From a virus, in the IMG/VR virus record IMGVR_UViG_3300024520_000049, positions 110,596-174,595 of that record: DNA of 64,000 nucleotides; one strand, 5' to 3'. The position numbers and the translations under genes are program-made. Below, piece by piece: positions 48,972 to 59,455 of the stretch; position 1 is the first letter of the stretch; every line of letters begins with the position of its first letter. A model generated the notes under the pieces. It ran no database searches and had not been told where the DNA came from. It worked only from the letters and a program-made list of their open reading frames with translations.

Positions 48972-49651
48972 TGAGCAAAGCTAAGGACTACCGCAGTGCG
49001 AATCTGGCCAAGCACTGCGGCAATTGTGTCTTCCACCTATGGGAGGAGGACAAGGCTGTGTGCCAGAACCCGGCGTTCCTGGCGGTTGAAGACGCAGCAC
49101 GGACAGCTGTGGGCATGGGCTGGCATGAGGAGGACATGCGCGCTAAGGCTGCTGACTATGTGCTGGAGGACTTCTTCACAGACTCAGACTGGCAGGAGTA
49201 TCACGCTATCTGCGATGATTGGGCTGGTAAGAGTGAGCACCTCGTGATGAGCCACAGCTTGGAGCTCTGGGAGGAGAGCTTCTACGAAGCGCTCGACGTT
49301 GAGGCCGCCAGGCCTGACCCAACAGAGGTCATCAGAGAGCCATGCGACGATCCGGACTGCCAAGCCTGCAAAGTAGCTACCGTGCTGCATACACCACAAA
49401 CGGCTGAGGCTGAGCAGTGCTGTGACCCGGGCTGCCACGCCTGCAAGGCGGAGCATGAGGCGCGACTGCTTAAGCAGCAGCTGTCTGACGTCAACAAGAA
49501 GGGCTATGAAGAAGGGCGTGCGGCAGTGATAGCGGAGCTCCGAGAGCTGTACCACCACTGGGCTCTTGTTGCGGAAGGTGCTCCCCACAAGGAGTACATT
49601 GCGGCGCACCAGTATATCAAAGACGTGAAGCAGATAACAGGAGACAGCTGA
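48971..49651 (+). CDS. Cys-rich hypothetical protein
   Basis: HCGNCVF..ICDDW, like the 43794 ORF; duplicated C.DP.C.ACK motif. Confidence 0.6.
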   Translation: MSKAKDYRSANLAKHCGNCVFHLWEEDKAVCQNPAFLAVEDAARTAVGMGWHEEDMRAKAADYVLEDFFTDSDWQEYHAICDDWAGKSEHLVMSHSLELWEESFYEALDVEAARPDPTEVIREPCDDPDCQACKVATVLHTPQTAEAEQCCDPGCHACKAEHEARLLKQQLSDVNKKGYEEGRAAVIAELRELYHHWALVAEGAPHKEYIAAHQYIKDVKQITGDS

Positions 49652-50903
49652 TGGTTGGTATGTTCGGCATAGTGGCAGTAATCCTGATGTTCCCACGCGC
49701 CCTCTCAGAAAATCGCTGGACCTGGCGTGTGGCTGGTGAGTTCCTGGTCCTTCTTGTGCTGACCGTGCTCTCTATCCTGTGCCTTGTCACCTCGGCGAGC
49801 AAGGGCGGCACATCATGAGCCGGCCGCTGGAGTGGGATGTAATCGACTGGGAGAGAAGCGGGCCTGCCCATACCGCCAACTCCACGGTCCACGATGACGG
49901 CCGGCCGTTCCGGTACCGCGTAACAAAGCAGGGTAAGGAGTTCTCCGTAGGGCATTCAGACCACGAGCTGCTCTCTGACCCGGTGGATCCGTTCCCGGAT
50001 CTTGCTCAGGCTTACTGCCAGAATAACGAGTACATGCTGGTGAGATCCTTGGAGGATGACTACAAACGCAAAGAAGGAGGTGGATGATATGCCCGATTTA
50101 GGGCCACTTATCAAGGGCTTAGAAACGGTAATAAAAGCCAAGTACGACCTGATGTGCGAGACCTGCGGTAGAATGACAAAGGCTCGCGAGATGATCGGCA
50201 AGCACGAGCAGGCCACCTGTCTGGTGTGTCAAGGAATATGTCCTGACTGCGAGCAGTACGGAGAGGATAGCGAACGCGGGCTAGTTTGCCTGGAGTGTGA
50301 TAAAGTGTGGGAGGCAGAACCATGAGCACGACAACCAACAGCGTGCGCCTAAGAGACAACACCAGCGCGGCTATCAATGACTACGAGATCTGGCTGCTCC
50401 AGTGGAGCGACTACTGTGCAATGCTACAAAGGAGGGCAAGATGATAATACAACGAACCATATCTGTAATGCTGCTATTGCTGATGTTGCACTACCTCGCC
50501 ACCGATAAGGAGTTGATCGCGGCCGTGCTATTGCTGTGTTCGCTCATGTCCGAGGCGCTTGCTGAGCTGAAAGGCGCACGTGACGACGCGCGGGACCCGT
50601 GAAGTGCCCAATCTGTAAGGAGCCCATAGTCAAGAAGAGTATGCTGCCAGCAGAGGCGTACAGCTTCATGCGGGACCTGGGCCTGAACGCCTTCCCTGGC
50701 GCCTTCCTCAGCCGTAAGTGCTGCAACTACTGTGTCGGGGCGATGCGTGCCGGCATGACATTGGAGTGTTTGCGCAGAGAGAGTATACGTAGCAGGCAAT
50801 CAGACGCTGCTGCAGTGGACAATCAGACGGATGCTGAAAAAGCACCGCCACACCTAAAAAAGTGCGTACAACCAGACTGACGGTCGAATAAAGGAGGATA
50901 GAC

Positions 50904-51578
50904 GTGACAAAAAAAGAAGCGCAAGAAGGTGTCGACGCGCGTCTGCGACTGTCTGCAATGAAGACCCGGCACCGATTGAAATTGTCGTGGAACTTTGACA
51001 GCGAACTCGTCCTAGCCTCCCGCTGGCCCCGACGACTGCCGAGAGATCCCTGGGGGGCTGGCTACATGCGCCGAGTACCGGGCCCACGGTGGATGCACAC
51101 GGGGCCAGTGAGGTTCCATCTCTACGATTCGGCGACAGCGGGTAACCGACTGTATGACGCTCAAGCGTTTTACTACGCGTGGAGGATCACGGAAGAGGAG
51201 CGCGCCAGGGTTCTGCAGCGCTACAAATCGGCTGGCGACAGCCTGCCCTGGGGGACGGCCCCAACCTGGGGCTCGATGGACCTGTGCGCACGTTGCGGGG
51301 AGGACTACCATAACTCGACCCGGGGTCATGTGTGCCTCAACCCGCTCCCGGCTTGGGAGCATCTAGTTGAAGATCTGAGGGAAGCCAGCCCCGGCAGGCA
51401 CTACACGACTTTGGTCTGCCGCTGCCCCTTCCACACCGAGAAGCGCCGTTCCTTCCGCATCGACCCTCACATGTACCGGTTCGGCTGCACTAAATGCTAT
51501 CACCCTGGCGGGAAGCTAAGCGATCTGGCGTCCCGCATAGAGGAGGTACGAAATGGCGTCAATAGCGCCGATGATTAA
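50904..51578 (+). CDS. protein with C-terminal CHC2 (primase-type) zinc finger
   Basis: CRCPFHTEKRRSFRI...FGCTKC..PGG. Confidence 0.7.
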   Translation: MTKKEAQEGVDARLRLSAMKTRHRLKLSWNFDSELVLASRWPRRLPRDPWGAGYMRRVPGPRWMHTGPVRFHLYDSATAGNRLYDAQAFYYAWRITEEERARVLQRYKSAGDSLPWGTAPTWGSMDLCARCGEDYHNSTRGHVCLNPLPAWEHLVEDLREASPGRHYTTLVCRCPFHTEKRRSFRIDPHMYRFGCTKCYHPGGKLSDLASRIEEVRNGVNSADD

Positions 51579-52548
51579 ACTGCTGGGAGAGAATATGGCA
51601 CTGAAGCAGAGCAGGCACAAGTGGGAGCGTGTAGGCGAGGGTATCGAGGTGTGCGCTCACTGTGATCGCCGGCGCCTTAAGCGGGCACTCGCGCCCACAG
51701 AGGAGGGTGGAACTATCTACTACAGCATCGTCCACTGGAACAAAACAGAAGATGACCCCGCTCACGGAGATGAGCCTTCCCGCCCGGCAGACACGACTCG
51801 CGAGTCATCATACGCTGGACGCTGCACTCGCCGAGTGTGCCGCACATGTAATACCGTTGTAATGAACACAGTAAGAAACGAACAGGGGTACGTATGCGCG
51901 TGCTCCGAAGGAGAAGTAGATGAGTGATGATCAGTATAGCCTGGGCTTGGTGAAGTTCGAATGCGGCTGCGTCGGCTGGGTGCCAGCCATCCGGCCTGAT
52001 GAGGGTAAGACACACATGGACGCCACGTGCATCAAGCACTGTGACCGTACGGCGGACGGTAGCCCGTATGGGTTGATAGTGAAGCAGGTTCCTGCAAGGT
52101 GGGAGTCCATGCCGCTGCCGGCGCAGAAGGCCGTGGTCCAAGAGATGGGCCGGCTGATAGCTGAGGGCGGGGAGTTCCGCAAGTTGAAGGCCATCCTGGG
52201 AATCTCTGATGCCTGACCGGACATACAGAGTAGACCATCACTGGGCCTTCGCGCCCATAGCATACTACCTCACCCACACCTCAAAGATGACCCAGGAGCA
52301 GGCAGCGGCTGCCTTGGAGATTGACTTTAATCCGGCGAAAGGTGAGTACCTGGTTATCGAAGAGATAGAGATTAAACACTTCCCGGATAGCCTTCTCGGG
52401 GGCATCGTGGGAATAAGCGATACCTGAGTACGATGGGACACACATACCGCGGGGACGAGCATAAAAACAAGCGGCAGCTGAAGAAGGACTCAAAGAAAGT
52501 TAGAGCTGCACGTAAGCACAACAAGAAACACGGAGGAAAGAAGAGCTG

Positions 52549-52863
52549 ATGATCAACAAAGAATTTGCAAATGCGGCCATAGCGCTGCTGAATGAGCTGA
52601 ATGGTATTGATCCAGAGGCCACCCGCAAGTTGGTGGACACACACGTACCGTGCGGGGACGTGCTGATAGAGCACCCCACGATACAGGTTCTGACAGGCCC
52701 CCCACAAGCGTCGGTTGGGCTTCTCGGGATACTTAACGGCATCTGCGGGAGTTATGGACCGGAAGGCGGGGACAAGGAGGGCTGGGGTCCAGTTGCAGCC
52801 ATATGTGAAGAGGACGGCTCCATCTTTGAGTTTCAACTAGTGACCTGCGGATCTACCACCTAA
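52549..52863 (+). CDS. hypothetical phage protein
   Basis: LNEL..IDPEA..LV..HVPC...HPTIQV..VGLLGILNGICG. Confidence 0.65.
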   Translation: MINKEFANAAIALLNELNGIDPEATRKLVDTHVPCGDVLIEHPTIQVLTGPPQASVGLLGILNGICGSYGPEGGDKEGWGPVAAICEEDGSIFEFQLVTCGSTT

Positions 52864-53459
52864 TGTGGATCATGCTCACCACCAAGCTGCCTACGGAGGT
52901 GTCACCACCAAAGCTCAGCATCTTCTGGTCAGTACCATGGGTCGACGAGGAGATGGTTAAGAGCCAGATGGAGCCTGCAGTCAGGATCAATGGCTGTACC
53001 AGCAAGAAGAAGGTTCCCTGTGAGAAGGTTGGCGAGCTTGTCTTGGGCAATTCACCCTTCGGGCTGGAGCCTGACTTCAGGGAGGCGCGCAAGATCCTCT
53101 ACAAGAGCGAGTCAGTGCGCGTATTCCCACATGAGTTCTCAGTGCTGAAGAAGGAGAACCTTCGCATGTACATCGAGGAGTCGCATGAGCTGGTGGCCGG
53201 CAGCGCGGCCGAGGATGAGATCCTTTCAGAGATTAAGCGCGGCGCGCGTAAGGACACCTACGACGCCGCGCTGATCGACGGCGCAACACACGCTCAGGCT
53301 ACAATGGTGGCGCTGGGCAAGGACCCCACGCTGGAGGACAACGAGTTCCCGGCAATCGGCTGGTATCGGTGCAAGCGGGAGTTTGCACAGATCTACTGCT
53401 ATGATAACGAGATGGAAGAAACTGATCACCGGCGAGAGCCACAACTGGAGGACGCATAA
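52863..53459 (+). CDS. hypothetical protein
   Basis: 198-aa coupled ORF. Confidence 0.65.
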   Translation: MWIMLTTKLPTEVSPPKLSIFWSVPWVDEEMVKSQMEPAVRINGCTSKKKVPCEKVGELVLGNSPFGLEPDFREARKILYKSESVRVFPHEFSVLKKENLRMYIEESHELVAGSAAEDEILSEIKRGARKDTYDAALIDGATHAQATMVALGKDPTLEDNEFPAIGWYRCKREFAQIYCYDNEMEETDHRREPQLEDA

Positions 53460-53738
53460 ATGGCTGACCGAGCAGAGTACCCGCAGCACGATAAGCTGCA
53501 TGAAGTGAAGGAACGCTCTCAGACCATCGGGGAGTTCATGGAGTGGCTTGGTGCAGAGAAGAAGCTCTGCCTGGCCACCTGGGCGAACGATAACTGGATG
53601 TTGCCAGCGCCCTACGATATCCAGGATCTCTTGGCGGAGTTCTTTGAGATCGACCGTAATGCGCTTGAGGCCGAGAAGCTGCACATGCTGGAGGCGCAGC
53701 GTGCGTTAAATGCGCGAGCGGCAGAGCAAACAGCATGA
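53460..53738 (+). CDS. hypothetical phage protein
   Basis: YPQHDKL..SQTIGEFMEWL..LLAEFFEID..LEAEK. Confidence 0.7.
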   Translation: MADRAEYPQHDKLHEVKERSQTIGEFMEWLGAEKKLCLATWANDNWMLPAPYDIQDLLAEFFEIDRNALEAEKLHMLEAQRALNARAAEQTA

Positions 53739-55253
53739 CTAGCGTTAAGGCCCTTTTGCGGGAGCAGGTGCGGGCTCAGATATGGGGGCGGGTTCGGGAT
53801 CAGGTGCGAACCACGCCGCGACATCAAACAGGGGAACAGGTAGGGGATCGGGCAAAGCTCCCAGTATGGGATCAAGTGGGGGAACAGGTAGGGGATCAGC
53901 TATGGGGTGAAGAGCGTGGTTAGCGTTAAGGAGCAGGATCAGGTAGGGGCTCAGGTATGGGGTCAGGTACGGGGTCAGGTATGGGATCAGGTAGAGGAGC
54001 AGGTATCGGATCAGGCATCGAGACCGGTATCGGCTCAGATTTACAGGCAGGTACAGGATCGGGCGTGGGATCAGCTATGGGATCAGCTATGGGAGGATGT
54101 AGATGATTAGTGTCAAGGAGCAGGCGCAGGATCAGGTATGGAGCGGGCCGCGCCATAAGGTCGCGACCAAATTGAAGCTCCCGGCAGGCGTCCGCCTCGA
54201 TATGCACGATTGGTGGTGGGCGTCTATGACCCGTGAGTGGCGCCCGGGACACATACGGGACCAGCTGCACAGCGACGTGCAGTGTGATTAGCGTGCAGAA
54301 GCAGGCGCGCCCGAAGCTGCTGGAGCGTGCTAGCCACGCCCAGCTCGAGGCCAATTACTGGATCTCCAATGATGTTTGGTGCCGCGGCTCCATTCAGATA
54401 TATGATCTGGTGTGGCAGGCGACGGGGAGACCTATACGAGTCCCTATCCAGGAGGAATTAAGAGATGATCAGCGTTAAGAAGCGGGTGCGGGATCAGGTG
54501 GAAACCCACCCCCGCGCGGCTGTGGAGCAAATTCCGGCGTACACAGAGGTGGTAGTGCACAACCACTTACGCACTACCGTATATCTTAGCGTAATGGATC
54601 GGGTGTGGTTACTCACATGGGACCAGCTGTATCATGATGGGAGGCAACAACAGGAGGACTTCAATGATTAGCGTTAAACAGCAGGTACGAGATCAGGCAT
54701 GGGATCAGGCAGGAGGTCAGTTAGAGAGTCAGTTAGAGAGTCAGTTAGAGAGTCAGGTACGGAGTCAGATATGGAATCAGGTATGGGCTCAGGTATGGGA
54801 TCTGGTACGGATTCAGGTATGGGAGGACTTCAATGATTAGCGCCAAACAGCAGTTATGGAGCGAAGCGCTCGAGACTGGGTGCTAGTTCATCCAGAGTTG
54901 CAGATACGGGCGCGGACACAAAACCAAATAGAGAACCGAGTTTGGGCTAAGGTGTGGGAGCAAGTACGGGATCAGACATGGGATCAGCTGTGGGATTTAC
55001 GGGCGCACGCGTGGGATCAACTAGAGGAGGATGTAAATGAAATGGGCACGAGAGACACGAGGCCATCAATATGACTAACGTCAGTGTACGGGCAACGGTC
55101 AAGCCAGAGGGCGGGGCAGAGGCTCAGCTGTTTTGGCAGGTAAGCTATCGGGTAAGGGCTCAGGTGTCGAGACAGTTGTGGCATCGGGTAGAGGATCAAC
55201 TAGTACAAGTGGACCGCCCAATGTGGCTCCTACTACGGGAGGATAACACATGA
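53735..55253 (+). repeat. micro-gene array, fourth block (8 ORFs) with overt (Q-V-W-D)n 12-bp repeats
   Basis: Starts 53735, 53907, 54103, 54284, 54465, 54664, 54833/54856, 55071; MISVK starts; GGGATCAGGTAT-type repeats. Confidence 0.85.
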
Positions 55254-55460
55254 AATGGACACGAGAGACATATGACGGGCCAGGCTTCTCCAAATACACC
55301 AGCGACTGTGGAGAGTACGAGATCGTGAAGCTGTACGAGAACTTGCCGAACGGTGACGCCTTCCAGCTGAACGTGCGTGGGTACTTCAAAGGCACTGGCA
55401 CGCTGTCGTCACTGAAGACAGCAGCACGCTGGGACAAACGACATAACTAAGGGGGGTATC

Positions 55461-55817
55461 ATGTACGAACGCATGTACCATGAGAAGGTGGAAGAGCTGC
55501 ACAAGATGCAGACGGAGCGGGACGAGCTAAAGAAAGAGCTGGACGGCGTCAGCACGGCGCTGACCGAGGCTGGCGAGAGTATGGAAGCACTGGCTATAAA
55601 GCTGGCGGCCATCGAAAAGTCCTTCACGTATGCTGGCGGCAACCTGCCTGAGAACTTCAAGATCATCACCATGCATGATCTTGAGCGGTCGAAGTGGGAG
55701 CTTAAGGAGACTGGCACAATCCTCATCGAGAACATTGACGGCACACTGTACACACACTTCGGCGCCACCGAGCCGCCAGGCAGAGCAAAGGCTCTACGCT
55801 GGGGGATGATCATCTGA
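55461..55817 (+). CDS. coiled-coil hypothetical protein
   Basis: ORF with SD. Confidence 0.55.
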   Translation: MYERMYHEKVEELHKMQTERDELKKELDGVSTALTEAGESMEALAIKLAAIEKSFTYAGGNLPENFKIITMHDLERSKWELKETGTILIENIDGTLYTHFGATEPPGRAKALRWGMII

Positions 55818-56077
55818 TGGCTAAGGTATCAATACTCGCGTGGAAGAAGAAGCCCGCCGGCGTGTTCACCCAGAAGAAGCTGCTCTGGGAGGCGATGGAG
55901 AAGGTGATGGATGAAGATGAGCTCTTCATTGGTGACAAGGAAGCCACGTACAACCGCCTGTGCACAGTGCTGCGCAAGGAGGGCAAGGTAAAGATCACGG
56001 ACGACATCGACACAGCTGTCTTCCAGGTCTGGGATTGCGTAACCAATGAGCTCATGCTGGAACTCGAGGAGGCTTGA
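55817..56077 (+). CDS. hypothetical protein
   Basis: Coupled ORF. Confidence 0.55.
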   Translation: MAKVSILAWKKKPAGVFTQKKLLWEAMEKVMDEDELFIGDKEATYNRLCTVLRKEGKVKITDDIDTAVFQVWDCVTNELMLELEEA

Positions 56078-56323
56078 GATGGGATCGACTATGCTTTACG
56101 GCAGCGCCGTGGACTCGATTGGCGGTGTCACGATAGCAAGCGGGGATTCCCGCACTGTCGATAAGGGTTACGACAACGTAACAATAAATATGCACTGTAC
56201 CAGCACCACTGTTACAGTGTACGAAATCACGTTACATGCATTCGAAGATGATTTGGGCGAGAAGGTTATGAAACAGAAACAGGAGCCCTTCTACAAGGCG
56301 CTCTACCCACGAAGGAAGAACAG

Positions 56324-56557
56324 ATGAAGAAGCTTATCACATGTCTTGTTCTGATGTGCGGTTGCGCTCCCTCGCCACCACCCCCGCACTCTACTAAATC
56401 GAGCCTCGATTCCAGCCAGACATGGGGCACACGTGAGGTTAAAGTTGTTACGGATGAAGAGGGTTACCGCTGGGCGGTGATTCATGAGACTCGTAACGTG
56501 TTCAGTGTCTCCCCGCTACCAAAGTTGAAGGATGAAGAGGGCAAACTCGCACCATAA
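56324..56557 (+). CDS. putative lipoprotein
   Basis: MKKLITCLVLMCGC signal/lipobox-like N-terminus. Confidence 0.6.
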   Translation: MKKLITCLVLMCGCAPSPPPPHSTKSSLDSSQTWGTREVKVVTDEEGYRWAVIHETRNVFSVSPLPKLKDEEGKLAP

Positions 56558-56582
56558 TTAACCACCCACGAAGGAAGAACAG

Positions 56583-57449
56583 ATGAAACTATACCTGGAC
56601 CTGCTGGACCGAATCATCGGCACCGGCGAACGTAAAGAGAACCGCACAGGCATTGACACGATGGTCATACCACCTGTGCAGATTCAGCACGACATGGGCA
56701 AGGGCTTCCCCCTGCTCACCACAAAGAAGATGGCGAAGAAGACCATGGCGGTGGAGCTGGAAGGCTTCATCAAAGGCGTCACCTCAAAGGCTTGGTTCCA
56801 GGAGCGCGGCTGCCGTATTTGGAACGAATGGGCCAACCCTATATCTGTGACGAAACGGGTGGAATATCTCGGTAAGCCAGAAGGAGAGGATCCCGATGCT
56901 TTCCGCAAGCGAGTACAGCTCGGTACGGATGATCTCGGCCCTATCTACGGGGCACAGTGGAGGAACTACAACTTCCAAGGATGTGATCAGTTTGATAACA
57001 TCGTACAGAAGCTGAAGACCAACCCCAACGATCGCCGTATGATCTGCATGGCCTGGAATCCCCTGGCTGTTGATGAGCAGGCTCTGCCGGCATGCCATCT
57101 CGGCTTCATCATCCAGCACATCAACGGCAAGCTTCACCTGGCTTGGTGGCAGCGCAGCGTTGATACATTCCTGGGGCTGCCGTTCAACTTGGCCTCATAC
57201 GCTCTGCTGCTGCACCTCATCTGCCTGGAGACAGGTATGAAGGAGGGGACAGTGACTGGGCAGCTGGTGGATGTGCACATCTACGAGAACCACCGGGAGC
57301 AGGTACTGGAGCAGTTGGGCAGGACACCCTACTCGCTGCCCAGGGTGTCTACGCCCAACTTCACGTCGATCTACGACTGGAAGGCATCTGACACCGAGTT
57401 CATTGGCTATCAGCATCATCCGCCGATCAAAGCAGAAGTTGCTGTCTGA
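56583..57449 (+). CDS. thyA: thymidylate synthase ThyA
   Basis: NRTG, FPLLTTKK, IWNEW, LGPIYGAQWR, LPACH, QRSVDTFLGLPFN, DVHIYENH. Confidence 0.97.
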   Translation: MKLYLDLLDRIIGTGERKENRTGIDTMVIPPVQIQHDMGKGFPLLTTKKMAKKTMAVELEGFIKGVTSKAWFQERGCRIWNEWANPISVTKRVEYLGKPEGEDPDAFRKRVQLGTDDLGPIYGAQWRNYNFQGCDQFDNIVQKLKTNPNDRRMICMAWNPLAVDEQALPACHLGFIIQHINGKLHLAWWQRSVDTFLGLPFNLASYALLLHLICLETGMKEGTVTGQLVDVHIYENHREQVLEQLGRTPYSLPRVSTPNFTSIYDWKASDTEFIGYQHHPPIKAEVAV

Positions 57450-57880
57450 TGGCTAATTACATATCCACTTGGCGCAGCAACTACTTCAAGGTGAAGGACA
57501 GGGAGGCGTTCTTGGAGTTCATTTCTAGAGTGCACGACCTCGACGTGAAAGAGGACGAGCGCGGATTTGTGCTGCTCGAAGCGCAGGATGGCGAGGGCGG
57601 CGCACCGTCGATGATATCGCTCAACCCTGACGACGATGACGCGGAGCCAGCGTACTTTGACACCGGCGAGGCAGCCTCATTTGAGTCCTATATCGCAGCG
57701 CACCTTGCCGACGGTGAGGTGGCTATCCTGATGGAGTCTGGCCATGAGAAGCTTCGCTACGTCAGCGGATACGCCACCGCGGTGAGAGCCGACGGTGAGA
57801 TCATCCACATCAGCTTGAGCATGATCTACGATCTGGTTGAGCGGGAGTGGGGAGTCAAAACAACGGAAGCTACATACTGA
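57449..57880 (+). CDS. hypothetical protein
   Basis: MANY..RSNYFKVKD...ESGHEKLRYVSGYA, a recognisable mobile-element protein pattern. Confidence 0.7.
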   Translation: MANYISTWRSNYFKVKDREAFLEFISRVHDLDVKEDERGFVLLEAQDGEGGAPSMISLNPDDDDAEPAYFDTGEAASFESYIAAHLADGEVAILMESGHEKLRYVSGYATAVRADGEIIHISLSMIYDLVEREWGVKTTEATY

Positions 57881-58123
57881 CGGACACACTAAACTAATAC
57901 GTAGGTATATTTATTGCGCGCTAGGTTCTATTGGATGGAGAGTCTGTGTTTTTAGAGGTCGTAAGCGCGCGATTCACGTTTTTTGCGACCTCTGGCGTTG
58001 CGGTGTGTTGGACGCACGCTTGTCCCACCGCCGCCGCCTCCTAAACATGGCGACAAGCCCGGACCGTCATGGGTAACAGACTCATGTCCGGACATTACTT
58101 AAACTAATCAAAAGGAGACACTT

Positions 58124-58537
58124 ATGCCTGAAGTACAAGTATTAACAGAAGAGCAGGCGGAAGCCTGGGCGGCCATCGAGAAGGCCGCGAAGGAGCTGGT
58201 GTTCGGCGAGGGCTTCGCAGTTGTGGCCGCCGGCAAGCGCCTAACAGCGCTGGTTGAGGAAGCTACTGCTCGCGCCATTCCAATGGCCAACTTGGAGTAT
58301 AAGAAAGACATGGTAGGGTCGAAGACCCCGCACCGTGGCTGCATGCTCGGCAAAAACGCTGCACGCAGCACCTGGACGTATACACCCGAGCTGCAGGCTG
58401 ACATTGACACGCTAGACACGCGTAAGAAGGTGGAGCAGGTTGATGGGTCCGCCACGAAAGTCGCTGGCAAACTGGACAGTAACAAAAATGCGCTGTTCAG
58501 GCTTTCTGTCGTAGAGCGTTTGACGTTACCTGGTTGA
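58124..58537 (+). CDS. hypothetical protein
   Basis: SD AAGGAG preceded by the TACTTAAACTA motif. Confidence 0.7.
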   Translation: MPEVQVLTEEQAEAWAAIEKAAKELVFGEGFAVVAAGKRLTALVEEATARAIPMANLEYKKDMVGSKTPHRGCMLGKNAARSTWTYTPELQADIDTLDTRKKVEQVDGSATKVAGKLDSNKNALFRLSVVERLTLPG

Positions 58538-58568
58538 CAATAGACAGTTACCCGGATAACGTGCTCTC

Positions 58569-59057
58569 ATGAAGAACATACCCATAATATGCGCCATAGC
58601 GGTGCTGGCAAGTATAAGTATATTTAGTATTGGGTACGCTCTCGGCCGCACCAACGCGCCAGAGCCGAAGTACGCAGACGAGCATACGTGCCCAGAACCG
58701 CGTTGGCCTAATGACCACAAATGCTTATCGGCCTCCAAGGAGGACGTGAATGCTGTGATGATCAAGTGGTCCAACGCTGTCATTGAGAGCATGCCCCGCA
58801 ACGCGGAGTGTGAAGTCAAGGCAGGGGATCTTATCATCAACGGCCTCGCCGAGTATCAGCGCGATCCGCAGACGGGTAAGTCCGTCCTGCGGCTCCGCTC
58901 TGCTGATGAGATCATACAAGCAGCGTATCATCGGCCCGCCAAGTCGCTGCTCAACGCAACACCGGCCCCGATACCAAAGCAGCTGCCTGAGGATGAGCGC
59001 GGACTCATCCGTAAAGGTGCTGGGGGTATCGGCGGGCTGCTTAAGAGGTTATGGTAA
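58569..59057 (+). CDS. secreted/membrane-anchored hypothetical protein
   Basis: Hydrophobic N-terminus IICAIAVLASISIFSIGYALG. Confidence 0.65.
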   Translation: MKNIPIICAIAVLASISIFSIGYALGRTNAPEPKYADEHTCPEPRWPNDHKCLSASKEDVNAVMIKWSNAVIESMPRNAECEVKAGDLIINGLAEYQRDPQTGKSVLRLRSADEIIQAAYHRPAKSLLNATPAPIPKQLPEDERGLIRKGAGGIGGLLKRLW

Positions 59058-59099
59058 TCTCCATAGCAGGGTTTAGTCCACCCTGCGCCCACCCGAATG

Positions 59100-59131
59100 C
59101 TGCCTCTGGGGTTCGCTTCAGAGGCAGTTTT
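59100..59131. terminator. terminator between convergent genes
   Basis: CTGCCTCTGGGG-TTCG-CTTCAGAGGCAG-TTTT. Confidence 0.7.
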
Positions 59132-59142
59132 ATGTACGGGTA

Positions 59143-59409
59143 TTAAAGACCTGGAAGCCGCCGAAGCTGTAGAAGTGCTCGACGGTTAATCTCGTCGATC
59201 TTCTCATTTGACTCTTCGACACTCATGCTGGGGACCAACATCCACCGGCCTTCAACAAATATCCACGTGTCGCCTGTGAGTGCATTGAACTTGTACATGC
59301 CTTCCGTCGTAAACGTCAGGCTGAACTCAGAAGAACTCTCCGGCGCAGGTGGTGCTGTGTGCTTACAGCTGCACAGCAAACATAGGATTATAACGACGTA
59401 CTTCATTGT
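59143..59409 (-). CDS. putative lipoprotein (minus strand)
   Basis: MKYVVIILCLLCSC lipobox-like start; one of only two credible minus-strand genes; start position approximate. Confidence 0.55.
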   Translation of the reverse strand, partial: TMKYVVIILCLLCSCKHTAPPAPESSSEFSLTFTTEGMYKFNALTGDTWIFVEGRWMLVPSMSVEESNEKIDEINRRALLQLRRLPGL

Positions 59410-59455
59410 GTAATATATCGTGAACAGCATTAGGAAACAAATCTAGGAGAATGGA

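Noticed and set aside
30000-55253. Diversity-generating retroelement as the source of variation
   Set aside because: No reverse transcriptase or template/variable repeat pair with adenine-only differences was seen in this window. One elsewhere in the genome cannot be excluded.
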